Of a stretch of DNA of 28,793 bases, positions 1 through 7,078 are shown one piece after another. The notes under the pieces were generated by a model. It made no database searches. It saw nothing but the letters and a program-made list of their open reading frames with translations, and was not told where the DNA came from. Both the position numbers and the translations under genes were made by a program. Every line of letters begins with the position of its first letter. Within the stretch, counting starts at the first letter, position 1. The DNA is from Acidimicrobiia bacterium (GTDB taxonomy: Bacteria; Actinomycetota; Acidimicrobiia; IMCC26256; JACDBD01): positions 1 through 28,793 of the forward strand of contig JAPSGP010000001.1 of assembly GCA_031177445.1 (NCBI GenBank), read 5' to 3'.

Positions 1-323
1 GAGATGCCATACATGCCCTCGACCACCACCTGATGTGACAGGCCGATGCCGAGGGCCAGCCGCCCGCCGCTGATCGCCTGGGTGGTGAGCGCCTGCTGGG
101 CGAGCATCACGGGGTGCCTGGGATACGTCGGTACGACCGCGGTGCCGAGCTCGATCCGCGGCACCTGCGCTCCGACCACCGCGAGCGCCGTGATCGCGTC
201 GTAGCCGAAGATCTGGGGAAGCCAGAACGACGCGTACCCGGCGTCGTTCGCCTTGCCCGCGGCGTCGACGATCTTGTCGATCGTCCCGTTGGCGGTGTCG
301 CCCCGAAAGATCCCGATGCGCAT
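1..323 (-). CDS. LLM-class F420-dependent oxidoreductase (TIGR03564/MSMEG_4879-like), 3' part outside window
   Basis: Translated by hand (absent from the ORF track): MRIGIFRGDTANGTIDKIVDAAGKANDAGYASFWLPQIFGYDAITALAVVGAQVPRIELGTAVVPTYPRHPVMLAQQALTTQAISGGRLALGIGLSHQVVVEGMYGI... Motifs WLPQ, GTAVVPTYPRHP and LGIGLSH are typical; SD GAGGGG precedes ATG at 323. Confidence 0.85.
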   Translation of the reverse strand, partial: MRIGIFRGDTANGTIDKIVDAAGKANDAGYASFWLPQIFGYDAITALAVVGAQVPRIELGTAVVPTYPRHPVMLAQQALTTQAISGGRLALGIGLSHQVVVEGMYGI

Positions 324-346
324 ATGGTCCCCTCGTTCGACGACAA

Positions 347-384
347 GGGTCATTCGACCACAGCCACGATGGGTCGATCGACCC
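347..384. promoter_or_regulatory. Candidate paired operator in the LLM/VOC divergent intergenic region
   Basis: Perfect 14-bp palindrome GGGTCGATCGACCC (371-384) plus a degenerate copy GGGTCATTCGACC (347-359, 11/13 identical). Confidence 0.4.
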
Positions 385-400
385 CCGCTCGGCGAGCGCA

Positions 401-414
401 TACTGTCTGACGCC
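401..414 (+). promoter_or_regulatory. Putative leaderless -10 element for VOC gene
   Basis: TACTGT (TANNNT) at 401-406, 8 nt before ATG 415; no SD. Confidence 0.5.
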
Positions 415-873
415 ATGCTGCTCGACGGAATCAACCACGTTGCCGTCCTGACGAACGACACCGACCGGCTGCACGCCTTCTACCGGGAAGTCTTCGACGC
501 CAAGGTCTTCAGCGATCAGGTGATTGACGCGGGGCGCCTCTCCCTCGTCGAGATCGGGCCGAAGACGCACCTGAACGTGTTCGAGATCGAGGGAAACACC
601 GAGGCCGAACGCCAGACACCGATGTTCAGCCGCGGTCGGATCGACCACATCGGCCTCGAAGCGGCCTCACACGAAGCGTTCGACGAGATCCGCGACCGGC
701 TCATCGCGCGGGGCGCGACCGACGGCTTCGTCACCGACTTCGGCGCCGCCATCAGCCTGTTCTTCATCGATCCGGACGGGCTCGAGTGCGAGGTCCTGCT
801 GTTCAACCCGGCGGCGACGCCCGACGACCTGCAACCTCCCGGCACGCCGGCCGCCGGCTACGAGCGGGTGTGA
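415..873 (+). CDS. VOC/glyoxalase family protein (152 aa)
   Basis: GINHVAVLT...FY..VF and RIDHIGL...ISLFFIDPDGLECEV metal-binding VOC motifs; start placed at ATG 415 rather than the ORF-track start. Confidence 0.9.
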   Translation: MLLDGINHVAVLTNDTDRLHAFYREVFDAKVFSDQVIDAGRLSLVEIGPKTHLNVFEIEGNTEAERQTPMFSRGRIDHIGLEAASHEAFDEIRDRLIARGATDGFVTDFGAAISLFFIDPDGLECEVLLFNPAATPDDLQPPGTPAAGYERV

Positions 874-2078
874 CCACCTTCGATCCGTTCGACCCCGGCC
901 AGGCCCAGCGCGCCTGGCCGCTGCTCGAGCAGCTCCGCGACACGGGCCCGGTGGCCCCGATCGCCGGCGGCATGCACTACGTCACCCGCCATGCCGAGTG
1001 CCGGGAGGCGCTGCGCGACACAGCGTCGTTCTCGAACGCGTCGGGGATGAAGGCGCCGGGGGTCGAGGTGCCGTTCGAGGACCGCATCCTGGGCGAGCTC
1101 GACCCGCCGCAGCACACGGCCGTGCGGCGCGTGATGGTCACCGCGCTCACACCCAAGGTCGTGCACGCGGCGGAGCCATTCATGCGCGACACCGCGCTGC
1201 AGCTCCTACGGCAGATCCCCGTGCCGGGCACCGCCGACCTCGTGCCCGCGTTCACGGTGCCGCTCCCCAACCGCATCACCGTGCACCTGCTCGGCTTCCC
1301 GGCCGAGGACGCCGAGGAGCTCGCTGGATGGGCGAAGGCGCTCATGGAGAGCGAGTTCCCGCGCCTGAACCGCACGGAGCGCGGCGAAGGGTTCGCGGGC
1401 GCGTTCCCGGAGTTCGCCGGCTACATCGACGAGAAGGTCACGCTGCGGTCGGAGGAAATCGCGCGTGGCGCGCCGGTTCCGGATGACGTGTTGACGCGCC
1501 TCATCCGCCTCGAGGTCGACGACGTACGGCTGTCGCCGCGCCAGCTGCGTGCGCTCACCCGGAACCTCATCACCGGCGGCCTGACCACAACGAGCCAGCT
1601 GCTCGGCAACCTGCTCCATCAGATACTCGCCGATCCCGACCTCGAGACCCGCCTTCGGCGCGATGACACCGCGCTGAACCCGGCAATCGAGGAGAGCCTG
1701 CGCCTGGCTCCGCCGATCCTGTTCGTCGCCCGCGGCTGCGTGCACGCCACGGCGATCGGGGGCACCGAGATCGGCGAAGGCGAGCGCGTGGTCGTGGGTA
1801 CGGGCTCGGCGAACCGCGACGAGCGGGTCTTCGACGGCGGCGACGCCTTCGACCTCGACCGGCCCAACGCCGACCAGCACCTCACGTTCGGCTACGGGCC
1901 GCACGTGTGCCCGGGTGCGGCGCTGGCGCGGGTCGAAGCGCGTCTCGCGCTCACCGCCTTCTTCGACCACTTCGTGCACGGTTCCGTAGCGCTCGAGCCC
2001 GGCTACGAGTTCGAGAACGTGTCCACGTTCTTCGAGATCGGGCCCCGACGCCTCCCGGTGGTCACGACCGCAGCGTGA
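870..2078 (+). CDS. Cytochrome P450 (402 aa)
   Basis: K-helix EESLR, heme motif HLTFGYGPHVCPG, DPPQH..VRR; GTG start overlaps the VOC stop (GTGA). Confidence 0.95.
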   Translation: MTTFDPFDPGQAQRAWPLLEQLRDTGPVAPIAGGMHYVTRHAECREALRDTASFSNASGMKAPGVEVPFEDRILGELDPPQHTAVRRVMVTALTPKVVHAAEPFMRDTALQLLRQIPVPGTADLVPAFTVPLPNRITVHLLGFPAEDAEELAGWAKALMESEFPRLNRTERGEGFAGAFPEFAGYIDEKVTLRSEEIARGAPVPDDVLTRLIRLEVDDVRLSPRQLRALTRNLITGGLTTTSQLLGNLLHQILADPDLETRLRRDDTALNPAIEESLRLAPPILFVARGCVHATAIGGTEIGEGERVVVGTGSANRDERVFDGGDAFDLDRPNADQHLTFGYGPHVCPGAALARVEARLALTAFFDHFVHGSVALEPGYEFENVSTFFEIGPRRLPVVTTAA

Positions 2079-2086
2079 CGAGGCAG

Positions 2087-3049
2087 TCAGGGCAGAAGCA
2101 CGACTCGCCCCACGGCCTGACGGCTCTCGAGGAAGGCGTGGGCAGCGGCCGCCTCGGCGAGCGGATACGTACGGTCGACCAGTACCCGCAGGCGACCGGC
2201 GACGACGTCGTCGACGAGCCGGGCGATCATCGTCCGCGCCCGCTCGGTCCCGATCTCGGCGCCGAGGAAGACGCCCGTGAGCGACTGGTTCCCCGCGCTG
2301 AGCACCGAGACGTCGAGCGGCTGCGGATCGCGGCCGGCCCTGCCGACCGTGATCGCGCGACCTCGGGAGGCGAGACAGGCGATGCTGCCCTGCAGCACCT
2401 TGCCGCCAACGGAGTCGACCGCGAGGTCGACACCCCGCCCGTCGGTGTGGGTACGCACCTCGTCGACCCACCCGGGCTGCGCGTAGTTGATGCCGTGATC
2501 GAGGCCGAACTCGCGCAGCCGTTCGAGCCGCTCGTCGCTCGATGCCGTGGCCAGCACCGTCGCGCCGGCGCGCTTGGCGAGCTGGATGGCGGCGAGGCCC
2601 ACACCCCCCGCACCCGCCTGGATCAGGACGGTCTCGCCCGGCTGCAGGTGCCCGAACTCGAACAAGCAGTCGTCGGCGGTGCCGAAGGCGACGGGCACGC
2701 ACGCGCACGTCACGACGTCGGCGCCATCGGGGAGCACCCAGGTCGTGGCCGCCGGCACCACGAAACGCTCGGCGTGTGACCCCCACAGCATCGTGCCGAC
2801 GACTCGCTGGCCGATCTCACGGTCGGTGACACCGTCACCCACCTCCCGGATCGTCCCCGCTGCCTGGTAGCCCACGATGTGTGGCGTCGTCGCCATCTCA
2901 CCACCGAGGCGATTGAGCGTGTCGCCGCCCTCGATGCTGATGGCCTCGACGTCGATCACGACGCTTCCCGGGAACGGCGCCGGGTCGGGCACGTCCTCGT
3001 ACCGGAACACGTCGGGCGCGCCCGTCTCGTAGTACACGGCGGCTTTCAC
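2087..3049 (-). CDS. NADPH:quinone oxidoreductase, MDR/zeta-crystallin family (320 aa)
   Basis: MKAAVYYETGAPDVFRYEDVPDP start, IQAGAGGVGLAAIQLAK nucleotide motif, GRVVLLP end; no catalytic Zn ligands seen; GTG at 3049 with purine-rich SD. Confidence 0.9.
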   Translation of the reverse strand: MKAAVYYETGAPDVFRYEDVPDPAPFPGSVVIDVEAISIEGGDTLNRLGGEMATTPHIVGYQAAGTIREVGDGVTDREIGQRVVGTMLWGSHAERFVVPAATTWVLPDGADVVTCACVPVAFGTADDCLFEFGHLQPGETVLIQAGAGGVGLAAIQLAKRAGATVLATASSDERLERLREFGLDHGINYAQPGWVDEVRTHTDGRGVDLAVDSVGGKVLQGSIACLASRGRAITVGRAGRDPQPLDVSVLSAGNQSLTGVFLGAEIGTERARTMIARLVDDVVAGRLRVLVDRTYPLAEAAAAHAFLESRQAVGRVVLLP

Positions 3050-3068
3050 TCCCTGCCCCCTTCCAATC

Positions 3069-4241
3069 TCACGGCAGCGGTTCGGTGGCGACGTCGAAGT
3101 ACTCGCAGTAGCGCTTCGCCTTCTCCATGACCTCGCCCGCGTCGAGGCCGGTATCGGCCCACGTGTAGCCGTGCCTCCCGAACTTCTGGGCGTCGTTGTC
3201 GGCGAAAAAGCTGCGCATGCGCGACTCGAGCGCAGGCGTGAGCTCGGCGCCGAGATGGGAATAGATCGCCCGCAGAGTGGCGACCGGGTCGGCGAGGAAC
3301 TCGGTGTACTGCACGTCGAGCACTCGGCCCGGCGGAATGGTGCCGTCCTCACGTGCGGTCACTGACCGATCAAGGGCGTCGAGGACCGGATCGGCCCACT
3401 CGGCGGCTACGCCGGCGACGGTCACCCCGTCGCTCGCGGTCGCGTGTACCACCGCGAACAGCGAGGTGAGCGAGGCGATGATGCGCCGCGGGTCGCGATG
3501 CGTCTGCACGAGCACGGCTCCCGGGTACTCGGCCATGAGGGCGGGCAGGGCCCACAGGTGGGCACCGGATTTGAGGATCCACCGCTCGCCCGGGTGGCGC
3601 CACTGCAGCAGCTGCAGGAACCCGCGGTGCCAGCGATAGGCGGTCGCCATGTCGGCCTCGTGGTTCAGCCAGTACATGTACGCGGGCAGGTTGTACTGGC
3701 TCAGGAAGATGCCGCTCTTGAACTCGCTGCCCATGAACACGATGCATTCCTGCCCCAGCCGCGCCCCCATCGGGTGCATCGACCGCATCACCGGGCGAGC
3801 CTCGTACGCCATGTCGATGCGAGCCTGCGACTCGGCGATGCGCGGATCCGTCTCGTACGTGGCGGTCTCGGGCGGTGGACACGGCTGGTCCACCTCCCAG
3901 GTACGCGGGATGCGGTTGTCCGGGTCCTGGCCGAGGAGGTCGTGCAGGATCGTCGTTCCGGTGCGACCCATACCGATCATGACGACGGGCGGGGTCACGT
4001 CGGTGGCGGCGATCTCGGGATGCCGCCGATGCCAGTCGACGATCTGCAGCCGGTTCGCCAGGTGCGCGACCAGCCCCTCGGGCGCGATGACCCGGCCGAG
4101 GTCGTTCAGCCGCGCCTCGGTGCTCAGCCCGTCGACGAGCCGGTCGAGCCCGTCCCGGAAGGTCGGGTCGCCGAAGTCGTCGAGCCCGGTGCGATCCTGT
4201 GCAGCCTGCAGGAGCAGGCCGGCGTCGAGATCGGATGGCAT
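3069..4241 (-). CDS. PAPS-dependent sulfotransferase family protein (390 aa)
   Basis: 5'-PSB loop GMGRTGTTILHDLL, WILKSGAH, 3'-PB THRDP; N-terminal GLDDFGD..F.DGL typical of actinobacterial sulfotransferases; ATG overlaps the USP stop (TGATG). Confidence 0.9.
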   Translation of the reverse strand: MPSDLDAGLLLQAAQDRTGLDDFGDPTFRDGLDRLVDGLSTEARLNDLGRVIAPEGLVAHLANRLQIVDWHRRHPEIAATDVTPPVVMIGMGRTGTTILHDLLGQDPDNRIPRTWEVDQPCPPPETATYETDPRIAESQARIDMAYEARPVMRSMHPMGARLGQECIVFMGSEFKSGIFLSQYNLPAYMYWLNHEADMATAYRWHRGFLQLLQWRHPGERWILKSGAHLWALPALMAEYPGAVLVQTHRDPRRIIASLTSLFAVVHATASDGVTVAGVAAEWADPVLDALDRSVTAREDGTIPPGRVLDVQYTEFLADPVATLRAIYSHLGAELTPALESRMRSFFADNDAQKFGRHGYTWADTGLDAGEVMEKAKRYCEYFDVATEPLP

Positions 4242-4699
4242 CAGGTGGTCGCGTCGGCGCGCGTGACCATCACCGTGCACGGTGCGTTGCGGACGACATA
4301 GTCCGACACCGAGCCGAGCAGCGCACGCTTGATCCCACCTCGGCCACGGGACCCCATGACGAGCGCGGTCGCGTCGAGCTCCGACGCGAGAGCGCAGATC
4401 GCCGAACCGGGATCGCCGTCGAGGACGCGCTGCTCGGCGTCGTCGACGCCGAGCGCGGTCGCGGTCTGGTCGAGGATCTGCCCGGCTTCCACCTGCTGTT
4501 GCCGGCGCTGCTCGTCGAACTCCTCCGGCGACATCACCCCGCCGGCGAACCCCGTCCCGGTCACGTCCATCTCGTCGACGCCGTCGATCACCGTCACGAC
4601 GACGGTCCGTTCCGCGGGTCTCAGGAGCGCCAACCCAGCTGCCAGGGCACGGAGCGCCGGCTCCGAGCCGTCGGTGCACAGGACGGTGGTCGTGGTCAT
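4241..4699 (-). CDS. Universal stress protein (152 aa)
   Basis: TDGSEPA N-terminus, GDPGSAI, and VMGSRGRGGIKRALLGSVSDYVVRNAPCTV with the GxxG-9x-GS nucleotide-binding motif. Confidence 0.93.
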   Translation of the reverse strand: MTTTTVLCTDGSEPALRALAAGLALLRPAERTVVVTVIDGVDEMDVTGTGFAGGVMSPEEFDEQRRQQQVEAGQILDQTATALGVDDAEQRVLDGDPGSAICALASELDATALVMGSRGRGGIKRALLGSVSDYVVRNAPCTVMVTRADATT

Positions 4700-4711
4700 G
4701 GGCCGAGTTTC
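4700..4711 (-). promoter_or_regulatory. Possible variant leaderless -10 (GAAACT-N6-ATG) for USP
   Basis: Minus strand GAAACT-CGGCCC-ATG; no SD; same 6-nt spacing as canonical leaderless sites in this window. Confidence 0.3.
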
Positions 4712-4787
4712 CCACCCGACGGACGCCGCACGCGGGCCAGACTTTCGGCTTGCGCTCCCGGCTGGCGATCATTCACACGCTGCGACG

Positions 4788-4814
4788 ATCTGCCGGCATC
4801 GTCAGCCGGTAGAT
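4788..4814. terminator. Stem-loop downstream of the HATPase-GNAT gene
   Basis: ATCTGCCGGC-ATCGTCA-GCCGGTAGAT, 10-bp stem with one imperfect pair, 18 nt after the stop at 4833; no U-tract. Confidence 0.4.
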
Positions 4815-4832
4815 GCGACGGCGCCGGCGGCG

Positions 4833-6296
4833 TCAGCTGACCGCGTCGCGTCGATCGAGGATGAAGGCGAGCAGCTCCTTTGCCATCGTGCTCACGAGCT
4901 CGATCTCACTCGGGTCGACGTCGAGCTCGCCGACGTGTTGCAGGCGCAACACGTCGCCGTGGTCGCGCAGCAGCGGGATCACGCCGCCGAACGAGAACCC
5001 GAGCCGGTTGAGCACCGCGCCCGCGGCCGGTGTGACGGGGTGGGCGAGGGGGAGGTCGGCATAGACGACCTCCACGCCCGCACCCCGGATCGAACGCAGG
5101 CGAGAGCGCACCGCGTCGTGGAGGTCACCGCCGGGCTCGTGCACGATGAGCAGGGCGGCGCCCAGGTCGCGCCACACTCGAGACTCCAGCGTGCTCGTGG
5201 TGACCGCGGCGAGATCGTCGCTGTCACCGAACGGGCGGGGTAGGTCGTGCGCTTGATAGATGCGGCGCAGCACCTCGCGGGAAGCCTCGGGAGGGAACAC
5301 CGTGAGCGCGTCGTGTGGGCGGCGCGGGTGGTAGCTCATCACGACGGCCTGGCGGCGCGCCGGCGCCGACGCGGCGTCGATCCGCCGGAACGTGACGGTC
5401 GGTGGGAGGTAGCCGAGAAGCAAACCGGTCACCGGCTGGTCGGCGCCTCCGTACAACATCTGGCTCCGGGTGTGCGCGGTCACGGCGTCGGCGTAGAAGC
5501 CGAAGAGCCCACCGTCGTCGGCATGCTGGGCGCGCAACCGGGCGATGTCCTTCATCACGTGGTGGCCGCGGAACCGAGGATCGACCATCGCCCGTCCGCC
5601 CTCGGCCACCAGCGCATCGGGCTGATCGAACACGAGGGACGTGTGTCCGACGACCTCTCCGCCCGGCGTCGCCGCGATCCACGAACGCATCGTGCCGTCG
5701 CTCAGGACCTGCCGCAGCAGGTCGGGTCGGTAGAACTCCTGGTGCTGGTACGTGTAGCCGTAGGTGCGCCAGGTCAGCCGGGCCACGCCGTCGGCGTCGT
5801 CCGGATCCATGGCCCGGATCGTGAGCTCGATGCTCGCGTCGGCCGGCGGGGCCCCGAGGGTCTCGGTGTGCTCGTCGGGATCGGCATTCGTGCGGATGTC
5901 GAGGTGCGTGGCAGCACAGTGGCGGACGAGCTCGGTCCGGTTGCCCTCGGCTCCCCGGGACTCGTGGTGGGCCTCGTCCACCGCCCCCGCCGCCAGCACC
6001 TGCGCGAAGGCATCGCCCTCGTCGCGGAATGCCAGCGGCAGCCCGCGGTCGTCGACACGGACGACCACCGCGTCGTCCCGTCGCAGGAGCTGCACCTCGA
6101 GCTCGACCTCTTCGGGATCGTCGAACGCGTGCTCCGCGATCGACTGCACGACGACCTCGGCCGCGTCGCCGAGCCCCGGCGCGCTCGCGGCATCGAGCCC
6201 GAGCTCGAGTGCGCCGGCCACAGCGGCCGCGCGCGCGATCGCGCCGACCCTCCCTGCGCCGGTCAACCGCAATGCCGCGATCGTCCGTTCGGCCAT
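4833..6296 (-). CDS. RsbW-like HATPase domain fused to GNAT acetyltransferase plus probable second degenerate GNAT-like domain (487 aa)
   Basis: N-terminal AAEVVVQSIAEHAF...VVVRVDDRGLP (anti-sigma HATPase fold); central IRAMDPDD...GEVVGH...GRAMVDPRFRGHHVMK (GNAT motif A); C-terminal LNRLGFSFGGVIP; SD GGGGGA. Confidence 0.75.
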   Translation of the reverse strand: MAERTIAALRLTGAGRVGAIARAAAVAGALELGLDAASAPGLGDAAEVVVQSIAEHAFDDPEEVELEVQLLRRDDAVVVRVDDRGLPLAFRDEGDAFAQVLAAGAVDEAHHESRGAEGNRTELVRHCAATHLDIRTNADPDEHTETLGAPPADASIELTIRAMDPDDADGVARLTWRTYGYTYQHQEFYRPDLLRQVLSDGTMRSWIAATPGGEVVGHTSLVFDQPDALVAEGGRAMVDPRFRGHHVMKDIARLRAQHADDGGLFGFYADAVTAHTRSQMLYGGADQPVTGLLLGYLPPTVTFRRIDAASAPARRQAVVMSYHPRRPHDALTVFPPEASREVLRRIYQAHDLPRPFGDSDDLAAVTTSTLESRVWRDLGAALLIVHEPGGDLHDAVRSRLRSIRGAGVEVVYADLPLAHPVTPAAGAVLNRLGFSFGGVIPLLRDHGDVLRLQHVGELDVDPSEIELVSTMAKELLAFILDRRDAVS

Positions 6297-6406
6297 GCGG
6301 TTCCCCCGATCGCAACACGCCGATCGCCGAGCTTATGGGGCAGGTCGGTCCTTGACCTTGCCGCGCACTGAGCGGACCATGACCCGCAGGCAAACGAGGA
6401 GGGGGC

Positions 6407-7066
6407 ATGGGCGACGGGCAGTGGCAGCGCTACGGCGCGTTTGGCGGGATCGTGTTCGTGGTGCTGGCGGTGGTGAGCAGCTTCATCGCCGGGCAGCCAC
6501 CGGAATCGACCGACCGAGGGGTCGAGATCCTCGAGTACCTGGACGACAACGACGGTGCGATCCGCGTCGGCGCCTACCTGTCAGCGCTCGCGATCTTCCC
6601 GCTGCTGTGGTGGGCCGGCAGCCTCTGGAGCACGCTCCGACGGGCGGAAGGGGGCGCGCCGCGACTCACGGTCGTGGCCGGGCTCGGCCTTGCGGTCGCG
6701 GCCGGCGGCGCCGGCGTCTCGTTCGCGATCACGTCGATGATGGCGCTGCGCCAGAACGAGCTCGGTCCGGGCGGCGCCAAGGTCTTCTACTCGCTCACCT
6801 TCACCATGCTCGGTGTCAGCGCTGCCGGGCTCGCGGCGCTCGTCCTCGCCACCTCGGTGATCCTGCTGCGAAGCCGGCTCTACCCCGCGTGGGTCGGCTG
6901 GCTCGGCGCCGCGCTCGGCGTCCTGTGGCTGGTCGCGGCGGTGAACGTGGCCACCGACAACAGCGCCGTCAGCACGCTCGGCTTCGTCGCGTTCCTGTTG
7001 TGGGGCGCCTGGATCATCGTCATCAGCGTGCTGATGCTGCGAGAACGCGAGTCGGTCACGACGTAG
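6407..7066 (+). CDS. Multi-pass membrane protein, possibly DUF4386-like (219 aa)
   Basis: Five to six hydrophobic segments, YPAWVGWLG motif, strong SD GAGGAGGGGGG. Confidence 0.75.
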   Translation: MGDGQWQRYGAFGGIVFVVLAVVSSFIAGQPPESTDRGVEILEYLDDNDGAIRVGAYLSALAIFPLLWWAGSLWSTLRRAEGGAPRLTVVAGLGLAVAAGGAGVSFAITSMMALRQNELGPGGAKVFYSLTFTMLGVSAAGLAALVLATSVILLRSRLYPAWVGWLGAALGVLWLVAAVNVATDNSAVSTLGFVAFLLWGAWIIVISVLMLRERESVTT

Positions 7067-7078
7067 ATCTTGCGGCGA

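Noticed and set aside
6351-6385. TTGACCTTG... resembling a second MerR-type promoter upstream of the membrane gene
   Set aside because: No dyad symmetry follows and no TANNNT at 19 bp; at best an ordinary promoter (TTGACC-17-GACCAT).
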